Virus record (IMG/VR): IMGVR_UViG_3300025131_000021
Coordinates: 1-64,000 of that record
Length of the DNA stretch: 64,000 nucleotides
Reading direction: 5' to 3' (one strand)
From: an uncultured virus (IMG/VR IMGVR_UViG_3300025131_000021)
Lineage: Duplodnaviria; Heunggongvirae; Uroviricota; Caudoviricetes
Shown: piece by piece, positions 1 to 10,299 of the stretch
How positions within the stretch are numbered: the stretch's first letter is position 1
Layout: each line of letters begins with the position of its first letter
Made by a program: the position numbers and the translations under genes
Notes under the pieces: generated by a model
Databases searched by the model: none
What the model saw: only the letters and a program-made list of their open reading frames with translations
Told to the model about the DNA's origin: nothing

Positions 1-3000
1 AGTATGGCAAATCTGATAACTATTAAGACCAACACTAACTGCACTTGCTGTTTTAGAAACTTTTGCTTTAAACACTCTATAAAAATTACTTGGATAAATT
101 TTGCTTGAACCTGATACACCTACACCTGTTGCACTAACTGTATTTGCATCAATATCTTCAGTAATACACATTGAACTTGTTAAACCTGAATTATCACTAG
201 CAGTAAAAGTAATTGCACCATCTGCGGATCCATTAACCAATGCACAAACTGCACCTGCGGCTGAATTATATGCATAAGAGCTAATTATATCTGAGTCGAT
301 TGTTCCGCCAGTATCTGTTGTTCTATCAACTGCTGAACCTGCCGATAATGTAGCACCGCCAGTATTGTCTGTAAATCCATGTGCTAACTTAGGACTTGTT
401 CCAGTATCTTCACCTGTAAAACCTATTGTTTTAGCACTTAATCCGGCTGGTGCGGCAGGCGTTGCTAAAATATCCATAGTAAAGTTTTCAGTATCATCAG
501 TAGCATTTAAACTTAATGTTGGATTATATGCTAATAAATTACCATTATATGTTCCTGTTCCTACTGATGTATAATCATGTGTAATGTTAGTTCCTACATC
601 ACCTGGATTACTACTACCGTGGGCCATGCAATCAAGAGCTGAACTATCGCCCCAATTATATTCATAGCATGTAGCATTTTGTGATGTATTAGCGGCACAT
701 CCTAACGCATAATTAAGTCCATCATATCCAGTTACAGCATATCCTCTAACGTTGCTTGCATTATCAATACCTGTTGATTCGTTTTGGAATATTACTGCTA
801 CATTAGATCTTGGATCTGGCTTAATTGTTATTGTACATGCCGATGTTACAAACGGACTGCTTGTGTGTCCGTTATATGCTTGCAAGCATACATCACGTGT
901 TACTGTGGTACCTGAGGCTTGTTCACCTGTTGTTAAATCAAAAGTATGTGCAACGGCAACATTATAATCGCCTGCTCCACCGCCTCCTGCGGCAACTTCG
1001 CATGTTGAACCATCATCAAATGTCCACTTCCAACAGTTTCCTGCACCAAAATTACTTGCAGATCCTAGTGTATCAACAGTACCTGTAAAGTTAACAACTA
1101 AACCACTTGTTGCTTCTTCATTATTTCCACTATTAACATCACTTGTAAATGCTGGTGTTTGTGAACTCCAAACACATACACATTTAACTTCGCTAAGTGG
1201 AAGTACTGACGGGTTAGTTGTGCTATGATTATCCATTCTCAAACATACTGAATAACGTGTATCTGCATCTGGTGAATTTGTCCATGTGTGTGCTAATCCT
1301 GCACCATCTCGTCCACCTGCGGCGGCATCAGTTGCAATACATGCATCGGAACTATCACCCCAAAATATTGTATAATCAGCAGTATTACCATATGAAGTTG
1401 TAGCACCTGTTTCTGTTGATGTATTGCATATGCAAGCGGCTGAAGCACTATCCCAGCCAGCAGTTGTAACATTTGCCGGATTTCCATCATACATTGCCCA
1501 TTCAATATCCGGAGTTGGAGTAGCAATTAACATATAATCTGTACAATCTAATGTTATTTCTGAACCATAACCTATACCACTTGTATGCTTTGCAGTTGCA
1601 CAAACTGTATTACATCCTACTGCACCCGATCCATATGTTTTTGAAACTGTACATGAACCATCACACGATACACTTGTTAATTTGCAATCCGAAGTTCCGT
1701 CACCCCAGTCGATATCAATACATGATGGATTACCCATCCAGCAAAATGTAAAAGCAATAGCGGTATTAGCACTTGAAATACATTGTCCTGCATCATAATC
1801 CGAATCTGTACTCCAAGATATATCTCTAACATAAGTATCTCGTCTTACATTTAATATTGTATCGTTTAAAATATGAATTGCGTCTGCTAAACCATCTGTG
1901 TTTTCAAGACATACACTAGCACCTTCTCGTGTTCCGCTATATCCAGATGTTAATTGTGGTGTTCTGTGGAATACACCTGCATATCCGGCCGGTGTACCAA
2001 TAGCACTACCAGACCCTGACGAATCAGTTATTACATTAGCGACACATAAATCAGCAAGTGCCGTTCCAAGTTTTAATTCAAATTTATCAGTTGTTTCGTT
2101 CCATGTAATATGTGCATTATCATCAGTTCCACGTTCAATTTCAAGTCCTGCATTTTCTGATGGTGTTCCTGTTTCGTCGGCATTTAATGTCATAATTGCA
2201 TCGCCAATCAGCACACAATTTGAACATACCGCAGTTTGCGTTCCTGCTACTGTTAAACTACCACCTATATGAACATCACATCCTACACCTAAACCACCTG
2301 TTACAATAACTGCACCACTTGAAGCAGATGTTGAATTTGTTGTATCTGTTACACAAGTTGCACCAGAAACATCTGCGTCACCTGTTACTGATAAACGTGA
2401 TGCTGAAAACGTTAAGTTTGAACTATCTTCTACTTCACCATTTGTTCCTGCTAATGCAATTCTTCCTGTTGTTAAATCACATACTTGTAAACTACTTGCT
2501 ATACCACATGCTAATGTTGCGGTACCTGTAGTATTAATAGTATCTGCACAAATATCATCAATATATGCATCTTCCCATCTCTTAGTGGTAGCACCTAAAT
2601 TATATGTATCACTTGCATTAGGAATAATATGAGAATGTACATCCGCACCAATTGTTAATTCATCTGTATCTGCATCACCTAAAGTAATATTACCGCTGGC
2701 AGTAATATTTGCACCAATAATATTACCAGTTGCATTTATATTTCCACCAACACATACATCACATGCTACACCAAGACCACCTTTTACTTGTAATGCTCCT
2801 GTGGTAGTACTTGTTGAATTTGTTACATCACAAAAAATACCAGTACAAGCATCTACATCATCAATAAATCCATCTTCCCATCGTTGTGTAACAGAACCTA
2901 AATTATATGTATCACTTGCATTAGGAATAATATGAGATGTAATATCACCACTAACAGTAATATCATCTGCGGCTGTATCACCTAAAGTAACATCACCGCT

Positions 3001-3423
3001 AAGTTGTACGCCATCAGCAAACACTTTATTAAATGCTTGTGTTGAACTACCTAAACAAACAGTACTTTCAAAGGTTAAATCAAAACATGCTCCTGTACCA
3101 GTTCCACCTGCGGTTGCGTTTCCAGTTGTAGTTGTTGGCTTAACATCATAGATGCCAGCACATTTAATAGCGGCAGTTTGGATAATTCCACTACCGTCAA
3201 CAGTTTGTACACAGATTGTTCCTACTTCCGATCCTGATGCAGTGGTTGCGCCAGTATTGTCTACGCAGATAATATCGTTTGCGGTGTATCCTGTTCCTGC
3301 GGTATTAATCGAAATAGCGGTAAGATTGAGTGAAGCAAGTAGATTACCCCTAAGGTACCCGCCTGCCTTTGCTAATTTTTTCTTTTCAAGTTTGTTAATT
3401 AACCCGGTATTAATTATGCTCAT
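1..3423 (-). CDS. Large Cys-rich virion fibre/structural protein with PKD-like domains (partial, >=1141 aa, runs off left edge; absent from ORF track)
   Basis: Manual translation from ATG at 3423 (MSIINTGLINKLEKKKLAKAGG...) is open to position 1. It has fibre repeats (TSTTTGALQVKGGLGVACDVCVGG, HIIPNASDTYNLG..RWED) and PKD-type motifs (IDWGDGTS, WTFDDGS, YNWGDSS). ATAAATA box upstream. Confidence 0.85.
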   Translation of the reverse strand, partial: MSIINTGLINKLEKKKLAKAGGYLRGNLLASLNLTAISINTAGTGYTANDIICVDNTGATTASGSEVGTICVQTVDGSGIIQTAAIKCAGIYDVKPTTTTGNATAGGTGTGACFDLTFESTVCLGSSTQAFNKVFADGVQLSGDVTLGDTAADDITVSGDITSHIIPNASDTYNLGSVTQRWEDGFIDDVDACTGIFCDVTNSTSTTTGALQVKGGLGVACDVCVGGNINATGNIIGANITASGNITLGDADTDELTIGADVHSHIIPNASDTYNLGATTKRWEDAYIDDICADTINTTGTATLACGIASSLQVCDLTTGRIALAGTNGEVEDSSNLTFSASRLSVTGDADVSGATCVTDTTNSTSASSGAVIVTGGLGVGCDVHIGGSLTVAGTQTAVCSNCVLIGDAIMTLNADETGTPSENAGLEIERGTDDNAHITWNETTDKFELKLGTALADLCVANVITDSSGSGSAIGTPAGYAGVFHRTPQLTSGYSGTREGASVCLENTDGLADAIHILNDTILNVRRDTYVRDISWSTDSDYDAGQCISSANTAIAFTFCWMGNPSCIDIDWGDGTSDCKLTSVSCDGSCTVSKTYGSGAVGCNTVCATAKHTSGIGYGSEITLDCTDYMLIATPTPDIEWAMYDGNPANVTTAGWDSASAACICNTSTETGATTSYGNTADYTIFWGDSSDACIATDAAAGGRDGAGLAHTWTNSPDADTRYSVCLRMDNHSTTNPSVLPLSEVKCVCVWSSQTPAFTSDVNSGNNEEATSGLVVNFTGTVDTLGSASNFGAGNCWKWTFDDGSTCEVAAGGGGAGDYNVAVAHTFDLTTGEQASGTTVTRDVCLQAYNGHTSSPFVTSACTITIKPDPRSNVAVIFQNESTGIDNASNVRGYAVTGYDGLNYALGCAANTSQNATCYEYNWGDSSALDCMAHGSSNPGDVGTNITHDYTSVGTGTYNGNLLAYNPTLSLNATDDTENFTMDILATPAAPAGLSAKTIGFTGEDTGTSPKLAHGFTDNTGGATLSAGSAVDRTTDTGGTIDSDIISSYAYNSAAGAVCALVNGSADGAITFTASDNSGLTSSMCITEDIDANTVSATGVGVSGSSKIYPSNFYRVFKAKVSKTASAVSVGLNSYQICHT

Positions 3424-3450
3424 TTAACTTCCAATACACCTTTGTAGTAA

Positions 3451-3457
3451 TATTTAT
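3451..3457 (-). promoter_or_regulatory. Putative gp55-type late promoter (ATAAATA)
   Basis: Matches the T4 late promoter core TATAAATA; intergenic, upstream of a structural gene. Confidence 0.6.
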
Positions 3458-3460
3458 TTG

Positions 3461-3886
3461 TCATATTTTAGTCCATGTTGTACATACTAACTGATCATCT
3501 ACGTTATATGTCAAACATTGAGTAAAAAGTTTTGTTGATCCATTTGTGTCATAGTAATCAACTATGTTTAAATTATCGTTGCTATCATAACATAAACATT
3601 GCATGTTTCCGGTTACATAACAAACTTTCTCCATTAAGTCACTGGCATTATATACCATACAAGATACATTAGTTTCATTTAATGCCGAATCTAATCTATT
3701 TGCTACCCGTACCCAATTATCATCATAATATGTTTCTAAAGAACATATTGTTGAGTTATATCTCAAAAGTCCATCTACTGGTGTTCCATCACGTTGTGCA
3801 GTTGTTCCAACCGAAACTTTAATGGAACCAGTTCCATCGAATCTTGGGTTTTCAGACATTAGTGATGTTGGTACTCTTGTTGTCAT
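3461..3886 (-). CDS. Small virion structural/adaptor protein, Cys-rich
   Basis: VSVGTTAQR...GLLRYNST module, shared with 9939..10289 and 15490..16428; 7 Cys in 141 aa. Confidence 0.7.
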   Translation of the reverse strand: MTTRVPTSLMSENPRFDGTGSIKVSVGTTAQRDGTPVDGLLRYNSTICSLETYYDDNWVRVANRLDSALNETNVSCMVYNASDLMEKVCYVTGNMQCLCYDSNDNLNIVDYYDTNGSTKLFTQCLTYNVDDQLVCTTWTKI

Positions 3887-3896
3887 AAAAAAATCC

Positions 3897-4163
3897 TTAT
3901 AATACTACATGTATTCTTGCTACTATGTCAACACTTAATGGTGGAGCAGTTACAAAAATAATTGTTTGTGTACTATTATTAAAAGTATAATCTGTTGTCG
4001 GTTTTTGTAAAACACCTGATAATTGCACCATTAAATCTTTCGCATCAACGCTTCTTTCACTGGCTGGAAAGTTGCTTAACGCATAATCGGTTAGGCTCCC
4101 GTCCCCAACGAACGTCCACATCATAAGATCTGAATTTATTAATGGTTGGCCAATGTATGACAT
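3897..4163 (-). CDS. Small virion structural protein
   Basis: MSYIGQP N-terminus and FVGDGS..VQLSGVLQKPTTDYT..IIFVTAP beta-repeat typical of phage structural proteins. Confidence 0.7.
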   Translation of the reverse strand: MSYIGQPLINSDLMMWTFVGDGSLTDYALSNFPASERSVDAKDLMVQLSGVLQKPTTDYTFNNSTQTIIFVTAPPLSVDIVARIHVVL

Positions 4164-4186
4164 AAAATTCCCTTGTTATATAATAT

Positions 4187-4516
4187 TTAGCTGAGTTCTA
4201 AAACACTCATTACAACGTCACAATCCGTACTTGAACTTTGCAATTTCAAACTATCATTCGGTTCTAAATTTACTACTTTATCGACAACTAATGTTGTATT
4301 TTTAAAAACAGTAATATCCTTCATGATATATTTGTCGGTAGCCGCACTTGCATCATGCAAGACAAGACTAACAACAATACCACCGGTTATTAATTTATTT
4401 GAAATATATATTGCATGAACAATGGAGCCATTTATACTCGCACCTGCGGTATATAGGGTTTCTAATGTGTCTGCGGTAGTAATTGTAGTTGATGTATTTT
4501 TAAATGCAATAGCCAT
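4187..4516 (-). CDS. Small virion structural protein
   Basis: MAIAFKN...TLYTA...KVVNLEPNDSLKL..VVMSVLELS jelly-roll-like small protein common in aquatic phage structural clusters; ATAAATA at 4546-4552. Confidence 0.7.
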   Translation of the reverse strand: MAIAFKNTSTTITTADTLETLYTAGASINGSIVHAIYISNKLITGGIVVSLVLHDASAATDKYIMKDITVFKNTTLVVDKVVNLEPNDSLKLQSSSTDCDVVMSVLELS

Positions 4517-4552
4517 TAGGCAACGTCCATAAAATCTATTTTAGATATTTAT

Positions 4553-7500
4553 CTATTTTAGATCTTCCAGCGCCTTGACTTTTGAGGACAGTTCTTTAAT
4601 TGCATTAGTTAAAATAGGTATCATTTTAACATAATCCAACCAATAATCTGATTCTTTTTCATTATCATTAGGGGTATGTTGCAACATTGATACTGTATTC
4701 TTATCAATTCCTAATTCAGTCAATGCATCTTCCATTTCCTGTGCAATAAAACCAAACTGCTTTGGATCAGTATTATCACTTACAGTTGTTCTATAACTAA
4801 TAGGATCTAAACAAGTGACAAATTCCAGTCCTAATGGTAGTGATTCAATATCACATTTAATTTTTCTATCAGAAGGTGATTGTGTCGCATCAGTGCTAAT
4901 TGCGTACACTTCAGTACCTTGTTTTTGTATAGAAAGTACTTTACCATTAGTAGCATCATTGCGATTTAGTGTCATTGTAGTAACATTCGGACTTATAAAT
5001 GTACTAGCACCATCGCATGTAATGCACATTCTTTTTACTGGTGTACCGTGTGTATAAACAATATAATCTCCAGATGCATCCATGCACATATCATTTGTAC
5101 TATTAAATTGTAATGCTCCGCCAGAATTGAAGCATATATTAGAGCAATAACTTACAGTATCACAAAATGTTGTTGCTCCTTGAAATGTAACTGCGCCAGT
5201 ATTTGAATTAATTGCCGAAACAATGTTAGCATCAGATGCCCATTTATTTGTTAATCCTTCTACTAAGTCATCTGTAGTTTCAGCTCTTAATAATATACCA
5301 CCTTGTTTACCCATGCTAGTATGATTAGCACAACCATAAGAATATCTAGCCTTTGCACTTGTTGGTACAACAAATTGAATATAGGTAGTCGCGGCATTAG
5401 TAAAAGAGGCAACATAATCTGCGGCTGTGGAATATGTATTTCCTCCAACATGATATGATACTCCGGCTGGAGTAGTTGGATTTGATCCTCCATTAAAATC
5501 TACATCTTCTGACAATACTAAAGGATGCCCGGCGTTTGATGCTCCTGATTGTATAATTTTATATGTAAAACCTGGTACAAAATATAGATATGGTTGTGGG
5601 CTCCCACTATCAAATTTAAATTTACTATCAACAACAGTAACATCAAGTTCAATAATAGGAGTGGATGCCGCGGCAGTTGAATCCCACTGTGATCCATCCC
5701 ATCTCATATAATCGCCAGTTCCAGGACTTATTGAAGAATTAACATCACATAATTTTTTAATTGAAGCATCTTGAAGATGTGTATTAAAACATGTCTGATC
5801 ATATGGACTTGTTGAGGTTGCCCAGCAAAATGCTGATCCATTATAATAAAGATATGAGTTAGTTGTTGGACCTGCTGGTACATCACATAAAGTTAAAACT
5901 GAGCTATCACAAACATCAGTTGGTAATGTAATTTGCCCGGTTATGTTATTATAAGCACCTATACCAGAAGTAACACAAACGGAAGCTCTTGCTCTAGTAT
6001 CTGTAAAGTATAATGGACTTGCCCCAAATTCATCAATATCGCATGTATATAAATTAATTGCACCAGTTTTTTCATTAACACAAGTTACATCATTAGTATT
6101 TTGATCTGTTTTAACTTTCCAAGATGTTGTACTATGATTATAATATAAAACTTTACCGTCATCAGCTGATGATACTGCATCAACGTCTGATAAACAAGCA
6201 AAATTTGTAGCACAAATTCGTGTATCTACTCGTGCATCTGTATAATATAAGTTTGACGAACCTTCAGTTACGCAATCTGTACTTGTAGTAACATTATCAA
6301 CATATGCTTTTACTGATTGTTGAGATGGTACTTTAGTTGCACTATTTGAAACCATATTATCTTCGTCAACTAAAGCATTTGTTATTCTTGCATCTGCTCT
6401 TGTATCTGTAAAATATAAGTTTGTTGAACCTTCTGTAATTTCGTCTGTATTATCTTTGCTTGCTACTTGTGCATCAACATATGCTTTTACTGATTGCTGA
6501 GATGGAAGTTTTGTTGCACTATCTGAAACCATGTTATCTTCATCAATTAATGCATTTGTAATTCTTGCATCAGCTCTTACATTTGTATAATATAAATTAC
6601 CACTTTCAGTTATATCACATGTACATAAATTAACATCACCGTGTAAACTATTAATACTCGATACAATAGCAGATAGACCCATTATGCCTGTTGTGCTATT
6701 ATATGTTAAAGCGGAACCACTTACAGAAATTGCACTTCTTGCTTTGGCATCTGTATAATATTGATTAACACATTCATTTATATCACAAGAATGAAGTACA
6801 ACCGCTCCTGTTTTTGTATTAACTTGTGATACTGCATCTGTAAAAGACATAACACCAGTACTATTATTATATGCCAAGGATCCACTAACTGTAATTGCGG
6901 CTCTTGCTCTAGCATCTGTGTAATATAAATCAGTATCTTCTGCTAAATCGCATGTTTTCTTAGTTGCAAAATCTGTATCAAAATCAGCAGTTTTATACGT
7001 TGTTGCTGAAATTACTCCAGTTGCACTATTATACGATATATCACCACTACTACTTAAATGAGCTCTTGTTTCTGATGCAACAGGACCAGTAAATGTAAAC
7101 ACACCAGTCGAACTGTTATATACCATGCTACCATCACCGCCAGCATCTGTTAGTGAAACGGCTCCTCTAGCCCTTGCATTTGTATAATATAAATTACCAC
7201 TTTCAGTTATATCACATGTACATAAATTTATAGAACCAGTGTTTGAGTTAACACAAGTAACACCACCCGTTACAGTAATAACACCAGTACTTGAGTTATA
7301 ACTACCTGAACCAGTTACACTAATTGCTCCTCTAGCCCTTGCATCTGTATAATACAAATCAGTACACTCCGAAATATCACAAGTATAATGATTTGAAACA
7401 TCTGAAATTTTACCATATAAACAATCCGAACGTATAGGCTTATTAAACACCCATTCGTCGTTTGTGCTTGCATAAAGTATTGTAGCATATGGAACAGGAT

Positions 7501-8578
7501 TAGCAGAGCAACATAAAGTTAATTTCAATCCACCACTATTTGCGGCCGAAGGGTTAGTAACAGCGGTTCCTAAAATAGTATTAATCGCACCAATATTTTG
7601 TGTTTCACAACTAACTTGAGTTGTTGTTCCACAAACAGTTAAATCACCAGTGATTAATGAATCACCACAAACTGTAACACAAGCACCTGTATCACATGCT
7701 ATTAATGTATTTGTTATAATATCATCTGCAACTAAATCGTTTGTAACTGTAACACAATTAAAAGTTACATTATTAGTTGTGCCAACTGCTTGTCCTATTG
7801 CTACTGCTCCACTTGTAACTGTAACACCTGTTCCAGCAGTTATAGCGGCACGAGCTCTTGCATCTGTATAATATAGATTTCCACTCTCTGTAATATCACA
7901 TGTACATAAATCAATCGAACCTGTATTTTCATTAACACAAGTGACACCACCTGTAACGTTAATAACACCAGTTGAATTGTCGTAACTACCTGAACCAGTT
8001 ACACTAATTGCTCCACGGACTCGTGCAGTTGTATGATATTGATTAGTCGAGCCTTCAGTTAAATCATCTGTATCATTATTATCTAATGATTCTTTTTGTC
8101 CATCAACATCACAACTAATTGTTTGTAATCGAGTAGCAGAAGGGTGCTTTCTGAGTCTTAATAAATTAGCACCTGTGCCAATTTGTATTTCATCAACAAT
8201 AATCTTTTTTAAGTTATTTGAATCATCTTGTATTTTAAGATCGCCTGAAGCATCTCTAGATAATTTTGTACCAGCAATATCAATAGTGGTACCAGCAGTA
8301 TAGATATCGTTCCATCGCTTTGTTGATGAGCCTAAATCTCTACAACAAGTTTGATCAGGAATTAATGAAGTATCAACAGTATCAAACGATGCGTATATAT
8401 TAGCATCGGATGCATATAAATTCGATCCTTCACTTAAATCAGTTGTAGATTTGGCTGTAAAATCCGTATTAAAACAGGATGAAGCATAATCTGTTTTTGC
8501 ATCTATCTGTGTTTGTACATCAGATGTTACGTTTGCTAGAAAAGGTACCTTATCTGCAATATCTCTGGCTCTACTCAT
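4553..8578 (-). CDS. Long tail fibre with TDDLxEGxxNLYYTxARA repeats, cupredoxin-like domain and C-terminal peptidase S74 intramolecular chaperone
   Basis: Repeated (T/C)DITESGNLYYTDARAR units; H...CxxHxxM motif; C-terminal SDRKIK...FGFIAQE...LTNAIKELSSKVKALE. Confidence 0.85.
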   Translation of the reverse strand: MSRARDIADKVPFLANVTSDVQTQIDAKTDYASSCFNTDFTAKSTTDLSEGSNLYASDANIYASFDTVDTSLIPDQTCCRDLGSSTKRWNDIYTAGTTIDIAGTKLSRDASGDLKIQDDSNNLKKIIVDEIQIGTGANLLRLRKHPSATRLQTISCDVDGQKESLDNNDTDDLTEGSTNQYHTTARVRGAISVTGSGSYDNSTGVINVTGGVTCVNENTGSIDLCTCDITESGNLYYTDARARAAITAGTGVTVTSGAVAIGQAVGTTNNVTFNCVTVTNDLVADDIITNTLIACDTGACVTVCGDSLITGDLTVCGTTTQVSCETQNIGAINTILGTAVTNPSAANSGGLKLTLCCSANPVPYATILYASTNDEWVFNKPIRSDCLYGKISDVSNHYTCDISECTDLYYTDARARGAISVTGSGSYNSSTGVITVTGGVTCVNSNTGSINLCTCDITESGNLYYTNARARGAVSLTDAGGDGSMVYNSSTGVFTFTGPVASETRAHLSSSGDISYNSATGVISATTYKTADFDTDFATKKTCDLAEDTDLYYTDARARAAITVSGSLAYNNSTGVMSFTDAVSQVNTKTGAVVLHSCDINECVNQYYTDAKARSAISVSGSALTYNSTTGIMGLSAIVSSINSLHGDVNLCTCDITESGNLYYTNVRADARITNALIDEDNMVSDSATKLPSQQSVKAYVDAQVASKDNTDEITEGSTNLYFTDTRADARITNALVDEDNMVSNSATKVPSQQSVKAYVDNVTTSTDCVTEGSSNLYYTDARVDTRICATNFACLSDVDAVSSADDGKVLYYNHSTTSWKVKTDQNTNDVTCVNEKTGAINLYTCDIDEFGASPLYFTDTRARASVCVTSGIGAYNNITGQITLPTDVCDSSVLTLCDVPAGPTTNSYLYYNGSAFCWATSTSPYDQTCFNTHLQDASIKKLCDVNSSISPGTGDYMRWDGSQWDSTAAASTPIIELDVTVVDSKFKFDSGSPQPYLYFVPGFTYKIIQSGASNAGHPLVLSEDVDFNGGSNPTTPAGVSYHVGGNTYSTAADYVASFTNAATTYIQFVVPTSAKARYSYGCANHTSMGKQGGILLRAETTDDLVEGLTNKWASDANIVSAINSNTGAVTFQGATTFCDTVSYCSNICFNSGGALQFNSTNDMCMDASGDYIVYTHGTPVKRMCITCDGASTFISPNVTTMTLNRNDATNGKVLSIQKQGTEVYAISTDATQSPSDRKIKCDIESLPLGLEFVTCLDPISYRTTVSDNTDPKQFGFIAQEMEDALTELGIDKNTVSMLQHTPNDNEKESDYWLDYVKMIPILTNAIKELSSKVKALEDLK

Positions 8579-9935
8579 TGAGCTCCTCCATTAATAACTT
8601 ATAAAATTTCCCATTTGTATGGTTAAAAACTCTTATATATTCTGATTGCTCATCAAGTGTAAAATGTCCGTTATCGTTGTGCATATGTAAATCACCAATA
8701 GTAGTTGACGAAGCAAATACGTCTTTCCAACGTTTTCCTGCTTCTCCTAAACAATGAGTATCATCAACACTAGGAAGAATATGATTTGGAAATGCTTGCA
8801 TCTGGGCACAAGTATAATGACTTGCTGAATCAAATGTTGCATAGGAAACTGTTTCTAATACATCACTAACATTTGCACCTGAATTTAATACAACCGAAGT
8901 ATTGTTGTTTGCTACAAAATCATTTGATGCACCTTCTATTAATTTAATACCATTTAAAAATACATCTATGTGTCCTGTTGTATAGCATTGTGCAGGCGTA
9001 AACGTTGTTTGACTAGCAGTTGCCGTAAATGCTTCTGTTACAATAGTGCTTCTTTCAGCATTACCATTTGTAATACATAATTGTTTCGGGTTTGATCCTG
9101 TATTTGTTGCTATTGTAATACCTGTTCCTGCTACTACTTCTAATGTATCATTATTAGTAGCAACTAAACTGCTTTGTCCTGATACTTCTAATGTTTTATA
9201 TGATACACCTGAACTTCCAACAGTAACAGTACCACTACCATTATCAGTTAATTCAAATCCACAATTAACATCAAATTTAAAAGTATCTACATTTGCTACT
9301 ATGGTATTTGAAACTGGATCGTTTATTTCACATACATTAATAGCAACTCCTGCATCACACCATGCAAAAGCACTACCTGTCCAAATAAGATTTTGATTAC
9401 TACTAGGACTTGCAGGAATATCACATAATGATTCAATACCAACACCTAGTGTTCCGTTTGTAGCACACCCTGATGTACCTATATTAAGTACACCTGTTGA
9501 ATCAGATGATAAAACAGTATCGCATACTGTAAGAGTACCATCCATACTAACATTTCGCAATGTAGCAATATCTTTATTAGCATCAACAACAAGAGCATTA
9601 TTACCGGCTACTGTACCATCTGTAATTCCATTAATTTTTGCAATATCGGTTTCGGAAACACTTTCTGCACCCATACATAATATATCTGTACAAACTGCTG
9701 TAGAAGCACAAATTGTTCCAACATCAATATTGGCTGTTTTTACACCAACTGTATAAACACATTTCCATTGATTTGTATTACCATCGCTCCCGACTCCGTC
9801 TAAACCAATACAATATGAGTCGTGGTCAATAGGTACAATGTTCTGATTAATTTGAGTAAGATCAACACCCGATTGAGTTAGTTGCCTCTTATTGTTATAA
9901 TTAATATTAGGATTAAAATATGAAAAAGATCCCAC
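8571..9935 (-). CDS. Fibre/virion structural protein, Cys-rich
   Basis: GTG start; beta-rich fibre motifs (FTATASQTTF..IDVFLNGIKL, HILPSVDDTHCLGEAGKRWKD, TIGDLHMHN). Confidence 0.75.
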   Translation of the reverse strand: MGSFSYFNPNINYNNKRQLTQSGVDLTQINQNIVPIDHDSYCIGLDGVGSDGNTNQWKCVYTVGVKTANIDVGTICASTAVCTDILCMGAESVSETDIAKINGITDGTVAGNNALVVDANKDIATLRNVSMDGTLTVCDTVLSSDSTGVLNIGTSGCATNGTLGVGIESLCDIPASPSSNQNLIWTGSAFAWCDAGVAINVCEINDPVSNTIVANVDTFKFDVNCGFELTDNGSGTVTVGSSGVSYKTLEVSGQSSLVATNNDTLEVVAGTGITIATNTGSNPKQLCITNGNAERSTIVTEAFTATASQTTFTPAQCYTTGHIDVFLNGIKLIEGASNDFVANNNTSVVLNSGANVSDVLETVSYATFDSASHYTCAQMQAFPNHILPSVDDTHCLGEAGKRWKDVFASSTTIGDLHMHNDNGHFTLDEQSEYIRVFNHTNGKFYKLLMEELNE

Positions 9936-9938
9936 TTA

Positions 9939-10289
9939 CTATCCTCCTAACGCTATTGCAAATGCAATAGCACTTTCATCTATTTGTGATTGCAACGAAG
10001 TCGTTGACGGTTTAAAACTTGACGAAACTGTATCATATGTTAAGTAATATCCTGCCGCCGGAGTTACACTTGAATCATATGAAACCACATTTTTCCAAGT
10101 AGCATTACCATAATGTTCTAATTGATTTGTATCACTATTAAATCTTAAAGATCCATCAGTTGCAACACCTGTTTGCGAACGCCCCGAAGTTGTACCAACA
10201 GGTAATATAATAGCACCATTTTGATCAACAGTTAAAACTTGACTGCTACTACTGATTTTGTTTAATTGATGATTTAAATTTATTGCCAT
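9939..10289 (-). CDS. Small virion structural/adaptor protein
   Basis: LPVGTTSGR..GSLRFNSDT module; C-terminal AIAFAIALGG. Confidence 0.7.
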   Translation of the reverse strand: MAINLNHQLNKISSSSQVLTVDQNGAIILPVGTTSGRSQTGVATDGSLRFNSDTNQLEHYGNATWKNVVSYDSSVTPAAGYYLTYDTVSSSFKPSTTSLQSQIDESAIAFAIALGG

Positions 10290-10299
10290 TTTTTATTTC

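Noticed and set aside
6280..7900. CRISPR-like or mobile repeats
   Set aside because: The repeats are in-frame coding repeats of the fibre, with no constant repeat/unique spacer pattern
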